A stretch of DNA of 64,000 nucleotides, from positions 62,001-126,000 of the forward strand of contig NOWV01000202.1 in assembly GCA_003344405.1 (NCBI GenBank). The letters are read 5' to 3'. A program made the translations under genes and the position numbers. A model generated the notes under the pieces. It made no database searches. It was given only the letters and a program-made list of their open reading frames with translations, and was not told the origin of the DNA. The first letter of the stretch is position 1, and each line of letters opens with the position of its first letter. Positions 23,419 to 37,800 of the stretch are shown in pieces. This stretch comes from Trichoplax sp. H2 (taxonomy: Eukaryota).

Positions 23419-26400
23419 CAATACAACAATAGTCTCAGTCATATCCTATAAAATATCCAAAAGTGCCGCTGAAACGGAAACGACTCCACCAGAATCAGCT
23501 CTAGTCTTACTATAAATATTATTGAAGCATTTGCTCGTGTAACTAGTCTACTTGGAATAGCCAGTTTATGGCAATAATCAGGAGACATCTACTGTAAGAA
23601 ATTGGTCTTTTTTCACTCCAAGTAGGAAGATTATTCGTCTACGTCAAAATATTACATAGTAATACTACTCTCCATGTAATAATCGTAACGTTAAACCAGT
23701 GCTTAGAGAGTTGCTATAACAATAAACGGATATCTAATCCGTATACAATTTGCATTCTTCTCATACTAAAAGCTTAGTTATAAGCGCTTAGCATCATGAT
23801 TGAAAGGTGAAGCATTGCGTCTATCAATCATCGATCTCACTTTTACCAGAAAAGTGCAATAATACCGGACATTAATTCAAAATTCTAAGAATTTAATACT
23901 CGTTCTATTATCTAAGCGAATATATTGATGATGTAATTTATTTATTCATGATTGATAAGGGTAATCATATATTAACTGAAATCTTAACTAAAGTACATAC
24001 GAGTCGCAAGTCTACAATTTAATAATAATAAAAAATTTAGAACTGATAAATGCCATATGACATTAGTACTAAATAGTTCTCTGACTTAACCTTGAACAAC
24101 AATGTAGCACTATTATAGACATTCCACATAATTTAATTTATCAATTTAATTTCTGTTACAAAAATTAATTATCGTAAAACATTGTTATTATTTATCGAAT
24201 GATGTATTTCGATAGATCAATCTTTTCATCAGAGATGTTATCTTTTATCTAACTTCATCATAACATGATTTTCAATTGTAATTAGTTCCGTTCCACTGGT
24301 ATTTGTATCTAATCAACATTTACTGTCTAGAGAGATTAATAACACGATATAGAAAAGATAATACTGCATTTTTTAAGGATGATTTCCAATTGTATTGAAA
24401 TTAGTAATATCGTAAGTCAACAAACCTGTGATTTTCGATTACATAATGTTATTTATGATGATTATGTTCATTCTGTCTATCGTAAGTAAATAAACAAAAT
24501 GAAATATTCAATAACAGCTTAAATCATGTTTTAAATCGTAGATAGATGAATATAAGAAATAAACCGTAGATTTACGATTTATCTAATGCTTAAATATTAA
24601 TTCATATATCGCAACTAAATCACTCGAGAAAATTGAATCAACTTTATCAGGGCATTACTCTTACTCGACAGTTCTTATATCCAATACTGATGTCGATAAT
24701 TTCCGATAATTTTTGCGGTGAAAATGCAAAGTTAGCAAAACTCCATTTATTAATATACTTTAAATTTGTGGGTATCAGGAGTTAACATTCTTTCCATATA
24801 ACACTATTTGTGAACAGTTCAATCATAAACAATGAAATGTGAATTAGCGAAAATGATCTTTAGATCGCTGGATCTTCTATTTAGCTGCACATATTTATTA
24901 AAATGGCCCAAGCATAAATTTGTTGGGATAAGAAATTCATAGTATTTATCCATTCAACTCTCAATAAGATATCGTATATATACATTATTATAAATAGAGA
25001 TCTCAGAATTGCAAGCCCAATAATTACAACAACGCAAAATAAAATCGTCTGATATTGCTTGTAACCTGAAATAACCAGTAATTTCTAATATTGAACGAAT
25101 TAAATACTTTACTATAAACTACTCATAGCGCATTTTGAATCATATTAAATCGTATTAGTGAGAAGAAACGGTAGGTAATTTGTTATCCAATCCACCATTA
25201 TAAAAGCACTAATTGAGAATAAACTTTTGTATAAATATTGCTTCATTCTGATAGTTTGTGAAACAAGTTAATGTGTGCAGTAACATGGTATTTTTAGGGC
25301 GGGCGTTAGCGCAGATAAATTGAAACATCACGATAAACGATAATATTAGTTTGGTTGCATCTGACATAAATCTATAAAATTTATGAATACCTATCTGTAA
25401 AAGATTAAATGGAATCAGATCCAACGGTCCAACAGCTAATAAAACTAAGTTGAGGATGAGTTTGTATTAGATCTCAAAAATCTCTAATACCACATTCATA
25501 GCCATATGATAGTTAAGAAAACGTTATTGCTATTAATGAAACTAAAATCCAACTATTTAAGTTAACTTCTCATACAGTAACAGCAATTTTTTTAAACTAA
25601 ATTATCAAGATTTTAATCATCATGACTGTAGTTAGATTAGGAGCTTTTGCTTATTTGCTATTCAATCTCATATTAATATATCCTACGTACTCAATACATA
25701 GGCAAGCAAGTTGTACGTAGGCATTCAGGGATTGATATTTCATAAAAGGAAGTGAAAACAGCAAAAAATATTTTAATAAAGCTTTCAAACAGCGTATATT
25801 TACAACAAATAGGAAATAATTCAGGTTTTAAAGCATGGTGCTTCGTAAATCCTCCTTATTTATTATGCTATTAGACATTATAATGATCAGTAACGTAATA
25901 GCTTTGTGCTATATCTCGCTTATTAATAAGGTATCATAAAATTATTAGTGGAATAATAACTTAGAAACTAACATGCTAGTAAATCTAAAGATCTTAATTA
26001 TTATAATCCTGCATCCCATACCGTACAAAATTTCATTAGTTTTAATATTGCAACTTTATAAATTTATCATTATCAAAGGAAATAATGTTCTATAGTATTC
26101 ATTCTATCTATCGACTAGTTATTGTGAAAGTGATCCTGATTGATTAATTATTTACCAGTATTATACTGAATAAGAGTTTCTCTCACTTAAAGTTAAACTT
26201 TTATAACACTTTCTAAAATTTTTCTTAAGTGGTAAATGATATGGAGCCTAAGTTTGAAGATGTTGCAAGAGAATACCGTATTTCATTAACTTTTAGATAT
26301 TTAACTATCAATTTCAGTAAGTAGGTCAAAACGATCACTTGTAATATTTACTATAGATAAAATGATACTTGGGTAACAGAATTAAATTTCATGATAGGAT

Positions 26401-29400
26401 GTACTTGCTTAGGAAAAACTAATATAAGCGTCGTACGGTGCCTAATGCCAAAAGAAATATACCGTGCATCATGGCTTATATTTGCAAGTAATTGCTAACT
26501 ATCATATGCAGAAGTAAGACTTATTTCATGACAATGATGATGACATCGAATTATTGTATCTATCGTTGTAATGTAATCTCTCTTCAAATAGAACTTTATT
26601 GAAATTGTATTACCGAACATATCAAGAATAAGGAAAAACGTTTTAATTGAATAACTTGCACATTTATTCGAAAATACTGTAGTACATTTACAAAGGTCGA
26701 TTATGATTAGCCGGTAGTACTCAGCTAATAGTAGCCTAATTAACCAGATATTAATAAGTAAAACTGATTTAATTTATAAAGAATAAATGTAAGCTACAAC
26801 CGCCTAGGTGTCTCTTATATGGAAACAAAAACAACATCTTGTATTTTCCTCATAAGGAATAATATACTATATCATATTTTTATTTATTTTTGGTAGCAAA
26901 ATAGTTAATACTACATGACATACATTAACAGTTGATCAATAGTTCATGAAGATAGGATAAGAAAGAAACGGTATTCGTGCTGATTGAAACAGGACGATTT
27001 ACTTTAATGTCAATACTATTTTCGAAGAATTAAATTCTATTGAAGAAACGCAGATATCTACTTTATATCTTTATTCTATGATATAGATTGTCAATATTGA
27101 TATAAAAGACGATGATATATGAAAATGCACACCAGTTTTAATATTTACTGAGAACTGTTATTCCAGCTGTTATAAATTTCATGCTGTTTATAGAGTCAAA
27201 ATAATGACTAAGATAGAAGATGATAACGACGTTAATCTGTGAAACGGAAGCTTGTAAACGAAGCTAAAAGTATATTAAGAAATAAATGTGATAACGGTAT
27301 AAAGTATTGCCCATATTGATGGAATGATAAAGATAGTAGAAATAGTTATGGATTCAATAGAAATGCTGAAAATATTACAAATGCGTATAGGGCTAATATG
27401 CGAGAAAAGAAAAGAGATAACCTGAATAAATAATGTATATATTTTTGGAATGATACTCATCAAGCCTCTGCAATGAATCACGAATGCGATGTTGTGACGA
27501 ATTTAGAATTTGACTAAATTTCTAGCTTAAAAACCATAAACGTTTTATACAATAGCTTGAATTCAAATTGATATCAAACTGGCATTGAATTCTCGTAACC
27601 TTTGTTTATTTCTGAGATTATTCACAACAGAACGAAAGTGATATTAGAATGATTTATAGTTCTTTCAAGACAATAATTCATCATATAAGTAGATATTTTT
27701 TCCGACATGAATTAGATTAGTAAATGTAGCATAAGCATACGTCATTACTTTTGATGATTTTTATAAGAATTTATTAAGGAGAATTGAATCATTCATTCTT
27801 AGCTTGATTAAGTAAACTAAAGTTGAATCTATCCTGCTCGCTGACTAAAATAGCATCAATAAAATTATGCTGCATGCTAAGCTAAGTATAGTATTTAAAA
27901 GTTCAATGAGGCAGCTCTTATTTTGAAGAGATATAATAGAATACATAAAATTAAAAATAGGTTTATTCAATGATGTCAATCATTATCACCAAGAATGTAT
28001 TATACTGGTTGAAGAATGCAGAGAAGAATAGAGATCTAACCAAGATTTTGTTGATTTTGGTTGATGGATAATGGATTAATCCTTAATATAGGCGAGGTAT
28101 AGGCGTCTATTCTGACGTGTTTACTCATCATATATTGATCAAAATTATTATTTTTTATAGATATTTTCAACACACCATTTCAATGATGTGATTTAAATCT
28201 ATTATTTTCACCATTTATAGATCCGACTACAAATTTTTCGATATTATTCATTAACCTCACAAAGTGATAAAATTAACAGCTGCATTATTATATCTTTGCA
28301 AAATTTTAACCTCTAAGCCTTGTCCTTAACTCTATTATAATGCGGAAGAACGGACGGGATATTAAGTGCTAAGTATGTGAGCCCAAGTTTTAAATTCAAT
28401 TTTTAATAGAAATACGCTACTGCGATCAAAATAGATACCTGGAAAAGAGATAGTTTCCTTAATGATAGGGTTATTGTTACATAGTCAATAATATTTGATA
28501 TTCTTAAAGCTAAAAATACACTATTCAAGCAAAGAAAAGATACATACTATAATGACCCGTAACTAATAAAAAATGATTGACGAATTTTTCAAGATTAAAT
28601 TAGAAATAATAATCTATACGTCGATGAAAGCAATAATATAATCCAAACAATCCCTAATGAAACAAATTTGAATAAAGCCATCCTAATGATGACGACTAGG
28701 GTAATGCTGATGCTGTCTAGCAACAGTTTAATCAATAAATCTATTATCTTCATGATAATTTTATTAATCAAGTAATTTGTTAGCACAATGTGTTTATCAA
28801 TTAAATTGATGAGATAATATAGACAATACGTGTCGCCATCCAGGCTTAGTTGTATCTAAGTTGTTGTACCTGCCGCTATAATCCTTCCCACGCATTATTA
28901 TTTAAATGAGTAAGTCCATTAAGATAAAATGCACTTGCTATTTATTACAGTATTCATTTGCACTCGGAATTCGACTTAATACTACAACTCAATGCTAGTA
29001 TAGTTCAGTCTGAAATCATAATTTCTATCGTACAATTTATGGTTTTTAGAATTTTTTGATCGCAACTGCCTTGAATTGAATCTAATCCAGCCGGTAGGTC
29101 CATGAATTTATTCTGATTTTGAATCTAACTATTGGAAACTCGCCTTCTGACTTCATTATATATTATTACTATGGCCTAATATCTCAAAATTGCTCTAATA
29201 GTTCTATTTTGTTTCACTTAAAAGTTGATATATTATATATAGTATTCTAAACAAGTTAAACTTGGAGTCATATCTGTTCAGATTTGTATATATATAAAAT
29301 AAGTGAAAATTAAATCTAAGTGCAATGCTATTATTACAATGCAGATATTCCTAGTCAATTTCTAACTGGGTCAACAATCCTTCCTTTCCGAATCATTTTA

Positions 29401-30766
29401 CTATTTTCTCACTTCAACGTTGGCTATTATCGTGCCTGAATTTCTAATCTGTTAACGTAATTAAATTCTAAGCCACGAAAGATAATCTTGAAACTCTTGT
29501 GTAAGTAGCAACGCAGTAAATCAAAATTTTACGTCATCTGCAGAAGATAAAGAAGTTTCCTTTTGATATCTCAATTCTTTGGATACAACAGCTTTATTTG
29601 TTCTTAATCTTTAAATTCAAAGATTAAAATCTTGCATTTTAATCCGTCGATAAATGATATTACAGCAAAATTAGTCAAATCATTTTTTCCCAAATCCTTT
29701 TTCTTTCTAGCCATTACTATCATAACTTGACTATAACTGTTAATTGGCCCTTTTTTGATTGGTTGATTAAAATTCCAAGCAAGTTACATCTACTTAAGAT
29801 TTTCTTGAAAAATTGCGAAATACTTTGTGCTACTATTTGTGTCTTGCGATTGTATGGTTCTTCATCAGTTTTTTCTCTGTGCTGAATGCATTGACGATTT
29901 TATTTGCTATTAATAACGAGTTTTGAACAATTAAAGTGAATTGTTCAATCACGTTATAGCTCAGATCTTTAGACTGGTCTACAGCAAAAATAGAGAAAGA
30001 GCTCTCTTCTTATTAAGTTCACTATTAAAGTTTTAGGTGTAATATTCCATTGATTTAATGCCACTTACTTGGCCTAAGTAAATTGACGTATACAAAGCAT
30101 ATCTATTAGTCTGATCAAGTTTACATGGCATTTTAAGTATTGAAATTATCAGCAATACTCTATTCAGTAAGCTATCTAAGTCTTCACACTGTTGGATTTT
30201 TTTTAATATTTACGAAATCGTACTAATTAAGAGAAATTGAGTGGTATTGTACAACCAAATAGAAGAACCTATAAGGAATTGTTGTTTTGTTCTCATTCCA
30301 ATTTGCTTATCTATTCAATTAAACTTTAAACAAGAGAGAAAAATAAGAATTTAACCGAACTTGTTCTCTAATTGTACCAGGATTGAGAACGTGGTGCCAT
30401 TTGCCCAGTGAAACGCAAACTTGCATTGTTCAGTAAGATATTACAATTTACGATTACTGGCTAGCTATTATAAGCATCAACTTTTACCTTATTCATAAAA
30501 TATACACATTATAACAGGAAAGTGTAATTTTACGATTGATTCTTATCGACATCGAGGAAGAAACATAATATTTCAAGAATTTATCTCAAGCCTCATAGTC
30601 TTACGTATAAATACTGGAAATTTAAGCTTATACAAAGAGTACACGTCTATGTGTATGTGCAACTGTACTTTTCCTTTCTAAGCGTATTTCTTTAAAGCAG
30701 CTGTCTCTGGTGCTTTACGTTATTCCTTCAACCATCTTTATAAAATAAATTGATCATTGCTAAGAT

Positions 30767-31855
30767 ATGAATATTACTATTAATAGCAGCAATATAACAA
30801 CTGGGAATACCACTACTTCGCCTTCTTCAAATAGAACAGCGCAATATATAGGCTGGGTAACTATTGGAATTTGCATATTAGTTGCAAATCTATTTGTCTT
30901 TCTAATAATTGTATGTCGTCGACGATTGCATAATTCATCAAATATCATATTATGCAGCATGTTTTTAAGTGGTAGCGCTATAGCTTTACTCTATGTTTTC
31001 CCAGGTCGTGTATTTACAGTATGGAGAAGAACTTCTATTTTTATGTGTTCATCAACGCCATCCTTTGCTTTTGCTTCGTTAACATGTTATAATTTACACA
31101 TCTGCGGGGTTAGCTTAGACAAGAGTGTAGCTATTATGTCACCATTTCGTCATCGTACCATAAGCAACTCACGTAATGCTCTCATATTAATTGCATTAAT
31201 TTGGTTAATTTCGTTTGTGGCTAGTTTTGTCCCACTATTTACATATCGTCCTTATTCGAACCAACGATGTGTTTATAACCCCAGAGTACAAGAAAAAATA
31301 CAGCAAGATTCAATATTCCAAATTGTGCTCTTCGTTACCTTGGTTATTGTTCCAATGATATCAACAATTATTCTTTATTCTATTATTTTTGCCCGCATTA
31401 ATGGCGATTCATCAACTTTGCTCAAGTCGAAATACCGCGGTCAAAAAAAATTAATGGCCAAAAATTTCAAAGTCGCACGTCAAATGATTTTTATGCTTGG
31501 TATCTTTGCTGTTTGCTGGCTACCATTTTTTCTCATGTTTATAGTTCAACAATTTATCTATACACTATTTACTGTGGAATTATATAACATTTTTCGCTAT
31601 ATCGCCTTCGTTTATCCAATTATTAATCCCATTTTATTTGCCTTCTTCACCAGTAGTATACGAGCTGAGATTCTACGATTATGTCATAAAACGGCAGCTC
31701 GACAAGATACTGTTCTGTATTATGAAAGTACTGTGAAATCAGGATTATCAACTCGAGGCTATAGTGCATCAGCTGCTAGCATTAAAGATGGACCTAATCA
31801 TTTTCCAGCCAAAAACAGTACCTATTTGAAACCACCTACTAATCGATACCATTAA
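30767..31855 (+). CDS. Rhodopsin-like (class A) G protein-coupled receptor, intronless, 362 aa
   Basis: N-terminal N-glycosylation sequons and seven hydrophobic segments. Motifs: TM1 ANL, TM3 SLDKS..I..PF (DRY variant), TM4 W, TM6 FAVCWLPFF, TM7 INPILF. Confidence 0.93.
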   Translation: MNITINSSNITTGNTTTSPSSNRTAQYIGWVTIGICILVANLFVFLIIVCRRRLHNSSNIILCSMFLSGSAIALLYVFPGRVFTVWRRTSIFMCSSTPSFAFASLTCYNLHICGVSLDKSVAIMSPFRHRTISNSRNALILIALIWLISFVASFVPLFTYRPYSNQRCVYNPRVQEKIQQDSIFQIVLFVTLVIVPMISTIILYSIIFARINGDSSTLLKSKYRGQKKLMAKNFKVARQMIFMLGIFAVCWLPFFLMFIVQQFIYTLFTVELYNIFRYIAFVYPIINPILFAFFTSSIRAEILRLCHKTAARQDTVLYYESTVKSGLSTRGYSASAASIKDGPNHFPAKNSTYLKPPTNRYH

Positions 31856-34800
31856 TGCTATAGGAAATTATTATTGATCGATGCTATAATACTAACGACA
31901 AGCTAATAGAGTGATTACAATAAATGGTTGTATGTTCGATGGCAGGATTACTTTAAAGATATTTGCAACGTGATCTAGTGGATTGAAATCTTTTTTAATT
32001 TAGTGTATTGAGTCTTACTAATTTCGTTAATATTAGCGCGTTTACTAAAGAACCGGTAATAAATCAGAGCGATACGGCTAGCACTGGTAAGCAGCTTAAT
32101 AATTGCTTGATATTGAATTTTACACTAACAAAAATGATCATCTAATAAAATAATATATCAAAAATTACATTATGGAACTATCATGTTGGAAATACGTCGG
32201 GTATCTTCAAAAGGAATGGACCGTAACTGTAGTTATCAACATCAATCTAAACCGGAATCAGCTTAACTAAATCCATTCGTAACATTTTAAAATCGAGTTT
32301 ATACTCGAAAGCTAAATTTAAAAGCTATTAAACAATCTGAAATTTGAAAATGCATGAGGATATCTTTACTTTCAATTCATATATTGATTCATTCCTTCAT
32401 TTTTGCAATCAGTTAATTATTAGCGAGCATTACACTATATAAGGCTGGCAATTACAAAATCTTTGTAACCAGTTTACTTTAGTGAGAGTAATTTTGTTCC
32501 ACAATTATTGCATAATTTGCGAAATTAGATAGCTTCATTGAGAAGTAGACGACGAAATTTATTAAATCAAAATCTTATCACAGCTTGATTGGTTTTAATT
32601 TTATCTTAGACAGAGTATTAATCATGCAAAACATTTTAGCTATTTCGTACAGCAATTTTAATGCTTTAAAAGGAGTTGAGAGCGGTGGAAATATTCTCTG
32701 TCATTCTTCTGCCATTATTAAAAGATATCACTGGCCTGAGTTCTAAACGGCATTATTAATATTACAATTTTTCATCGAGGATGTCATCAAAAATAATCGA
32801 TTTTCTTTAAATCGTCTCACGATCAAACTTTTATGGATTGAAAGATGGTATCAATTTGTAGAGCGCTTTCTTCGTTAAAGGAATATTATTACTAGATCTA
32901 CACCGTATCATTTGAACTCAACCTTAGACAAGCACAATAATACCATTGTGGCCAATTTATTGATCATACAAAAACAGTCAGAAATCTTTCAGAATTGAAG
33001 TCCATTCTGATATAAATTAAATTTCTATTGAAATAATTTGTGTGCTTATCAAATATAATCGTCAGATAGCTACGAAATTGATAATTAAACTAGTTTTATC
33101 GATGACTTGAGAGCTTTCATATTATTACGTTTCATCTTATTCATCAACATTGTTACAAATTTATTTGAATAAACTCGGCCTTCCCATAATATGTATCATA
33201 TTGTCATCGTAATATAAAAATGCATTTTATGTTATGCATATCCAGTTCCAATCTAAGAAAAATCTATTCTTGGTAAGAATGCCTAAATAGTAGAGAAAGT
33301 AAACAGTGATAATAAAAAAATAATTTTAAGATCAGTCAACTCGAATTTCTAGACTGAAATTTGAACAATATCAAATTATTGATATTCATAAAGTTATTAA
33401 AAATATAGGGGCATATCGTTAATTTTCCCAAGTTATTATTATATATTGTGTAACTGGGATCTACTTCGTGATGACTATACTGATCATGAATATACCAAAA
33501 CTATCCAGCACTTTAATACTGCATATTGCAAGCACTTACCAAATCTTGCTAACCATCTGCTTATAGCCATATTGTATCTATTATGTTCGTATGCAATATT
33601 GCTGTACCGATTTACTATACAACCACCACTATACCAATATACTATGGTATCGATATAGTGAGCACTTTAAAATAACTATCGCACTAATAAAGTCTTTCGT
33701 ACTTTTATTAATGTAACCTTGGCATTGATATCTTAATTGTTTTACCATCTTCAGTATGAAATCATGAGATGAATGCCATTTAGCATAGCCTATGCTCTAT
33801 TTAATTTATATTGCAAAGATAACATTATACGCAATTTAATTTCCCATCGAATTGTTTGATTTCATAATTCGTTAGTACTTGCATGAAAATGCTCGAATAG
33901 TTCGATATGCACTTAGTATACGGACTTCATCTGATTACTAGACTGCAGATGGCTTACAGTATATCGACAAACTGCAACGTTTATAATATGATTGTATCTA
34001 TTTAAGAAAATTAAAACCATTCTTACACTAATTGCACTCAATGCACTGTATTGTGTCTGTTCTCATTTTAATATCGCGCACTATTTCACTATGTACAACA
34101 GTACGTTAAGAATGAAAATATTCTTTCTTCTTTTATGTTTTAATCAAAATAATTCTTGTAGCCATAGAGGCAAAAGTTCATTAATTGAATTAAAACGTTT
34201 TACATTGGAAGCTTTGACGTGTAACTTCATGCATGAGTCTATTTTCAATCATGCCGAATTTATTTATTTTATATCTGCGGTATATCAGCTATCGAGAAGT
34301 TCTCCATTCTTTTTCTGTAAGTTACATTTGACTTGATACTTAACGCTGTAGTATCCTGTTTTATCTGTAATCAATAGTACTTACTCGTATTATTGAGGAA
34401 TCGATGTTAACTAAATAAGATTGACCGTAAAAATTAACTCAAGCTACTCAGGGCTATTAGCGTAGCTACCTTAGTTCGTTATCAAGGCAGGGTGCACGTG
34501 AATACTAATGATAAAACTGGTGAAAGATATATCGGCATCGAGCTGCAGATAAAGCTAACGGTACCTACATAAGTATTATCAAAATGATTATAATAAATTG
34601 GAAATTAATAAATCAAAGTAGGTTTGTTTAATTTACCGACCGCTAAGATCAATAATAGCCGAATACAACCTTTGAGCTGAAGGCCATACGCGATGATAAT
34701 ATAACGGTTAAATTATTAAAATATCTGGCGTCTGCTGTTACTTTATTTTATAAAGTAAATAGACCCTTATTTCTTAAAAAAATCACTCGACTGATAGCAG

Positions 34801-37800
34801 AAAAACACAATTTAAGCACCTTGAATGGTTCTATAATGAGATATAATAAACTAATTCATTTATCCAATATTAAGATTTGCTAAACCTTTCACCTTCGAAC
34901 AAAGACAACATTAATTTATTAATAGTAGAAAACATTCTAAACGTTTGGATAGATTATAAAAAATACAATTTTTGATTAAATTTGTGCAATTATAATATTC
35001 TCGCTTAAAATATATAAATCATTTCATACGTTGGTTCGAGATTTGATTCTGAAGTTGCATAATATAGAGGTCTGTAAGGCTAACGTATCTTACAGTATAT
35101 CTTCAATCACATAAGCAAAACTATTGGGGTTGTTTATGAGCTTTCTTACGGATACCCATTAGGTGATATTGGTAGGTATTGAATTGAAAATAGCAATAAC
35201 AACATTGTACTTTCAAACCCCATTATTGGTTAAAACACCTGTACAGGAGATAAATGGTGCATGCGTATCGAAAAGCTACTGAAAAACATCTTATTATCTC
35301 GATATTTGTTTTTGAATTACTTTGTTAGCTTTATTATCGGCTTCTTCGAAAAGATTATTTTCTTATTATTACTGGATATTTATTTATTATTTAATAAAAT
35401 GGATCAATAGCAATGACATTAGTCTGTGAAATCGTGATGAGATACAGATACGGTTAGCTAGCTTTTGGTCTAATAAGCCGATAATATGGATAGTAGACCT
35501 ACTGTAAGGTTATATTCTCTTCCATGGACACAATTATATATAGTCTATCTACGTATAGTTAGTTGCTATGGTCTAGTCATGTACACCTTTTGAAGCATTA
35601 AATTCATATTTTATGCACTCTGCCTATACAGTAAATTACTATAGTGGTAGAATAAATTATGGTACTGCAGGATTTGAAAATGGGTCCTTAGAATTCCCAA
35701 CGTGATATAAAAAGCAATTGAGAGACTTGAGAAAAGAATTATTTCACATAAGCCATCATTGATTTATACGAGGTGAAGTAGATAAAGTTCATCGAGTTAC
35801 TGTCAACATTTGCCATGTTTATGATAATGGTCGTAATAGCTGCTCCTTTATCTGCCAGTTATGAATAAAATGATATTATTAGGTAAGAGACAAGATTCCG
35901 ACAGTAAATTATATATAGAGTGGAAAGAATTACTTAAAATAATCCGTACTATCTAAACAAAATATTATTCGAGGAATGCAATAGATATATTTTATGCGAC
36001 TTCGTTATTTATTAATCAAATGACAATCTAATATAGAAAGCAGTTACTAATTAACAAAATTTAAGTAGCAATTTACAGCGCATTGTTAGAAAGCAATGCG
36101 TAACACTATCTTTCATTTTTTGTACAGTTTAAAAATTTATACCATAATTTCATAAAGCATTTTTCTAAATTCATTACCGTACTTAAGATGGGAATAATAT
36201 TGTAATTATCATCTACAAAAAACAATAAAAAAGTCAACTCCAGAATAAATTGAAGGAACTGTAACTGCAACAAATTTCTTTACTAAATGTGTACTAGTGA
36301 TGTATTTTTTTCTTATATACGAGTATAACATACAAAACTAACAGGTCATATCAGTAATAAAAATAAATAATAGCCTAACAATTGATAATTTTATTAGAAA
36401 ATGTTTTCAAAGTTAAATATTTGATTTTACGAGCAGTTTTATCCTGAGTACATGATAAAAAATTTAATAGAATTTAATCAGTCTTCCGTGCTTTTAAAGT
36501 TTTTTTGAAAACCGAAATTATGAGCAAAGGCTGGCTGTTAGCTGAGAGAGCGAAAAAATTGATCAGTGTATTACATCATATCTCCTGCGAGTTATACATG
36601 AAATGATTGCTAGTTTAGAATGGATTTCTACTGCATTGCATGCATAGAATAATATTTCAAGAATTCTGTGCCCCGCATAAGTAATCGTTTGAGGTTATAA
36701 TCAATAGTACACGTATATGCTATTAATTGGTATAAAATCGTCGATAAGATGACATTATTAGCTCAAATCTGATGATTTTTCGAGAACAGTATAAATTATG
36801 CTTACTAGCATACTTTAAAGTAGCGGCAAGTAGCTAAGACATCCTTTGGGAGATCTTTATCAGCAATTTATTAAAGAATTTGAGAGGTACCGTATTCACC
36901 AATTAAAATTTGTTTTATTTCTGTGAATGTCGGGTGCAATATTCATTGTCTCTATTTTAAGTATAGAATTTTTATTTTTAAAGGCAAATTTCATTCCAAA
37001 TTAAATTAGTACAAAAAGGGTAAGCTACCGTATTTATTTCTATAATATTCAATATACCGAGACCTTTGCTAAATTTTTATGTTCTAACGTAAATGATTTC
37101 TTAAAATTACGTTGTTGCTACCAGGATTTCATTTAAAAATATTATATAAACAATATGCTGACAATGTTCTTTCTATGATCTTAAACAAATTTTATAGATG
37201 GTTACCGAGTTATTTTGTACAGGCTTATTTAAGATCACTGCTAGGATTCAAATTTTGATTTACCCACTTTATAAGATGAAGTATGGCCCCAAAACAGATC
37301 ATGTTTGCAGGAGAGAATATCTATGGACCTAATTGTGGAAGATATATGATCATTACTTAGATAGATACATCGATCTTTGGAAAAGAATCTACGGTACTTC
37401 ATTTAATAGAGTCAAATCTGGCATAAAATGAAGGTCATTTCGTGCTATTTTAGAGAAACTTAATTACGCAATATTAATACAACAGTAATAAGGATTCAAA
37501 AATTACCTTGACTTATAAATGCAACTTTAATTACCTACTCAATTACCGTCATTGTTATTCCTCAATTTCATTTCATAATTTGAAAGCTGGAGAATTTTCG
37601 TTTCCTTTCACATGATTAAAGGAATATATTTTTTTATTAGACAATAAGTCAAGACTATAATGATACTTAAAAATTTATTTGGAAGGTAGTCAAAGTGATG
37701 TCATTAGCAATAGCCATTACCGCAGGCCTACATTTTTTAAATAGTTCGAAATAGTGAAAATGGCTACTATTGTTTAGAAAACTGGCGACGTATATTGAAA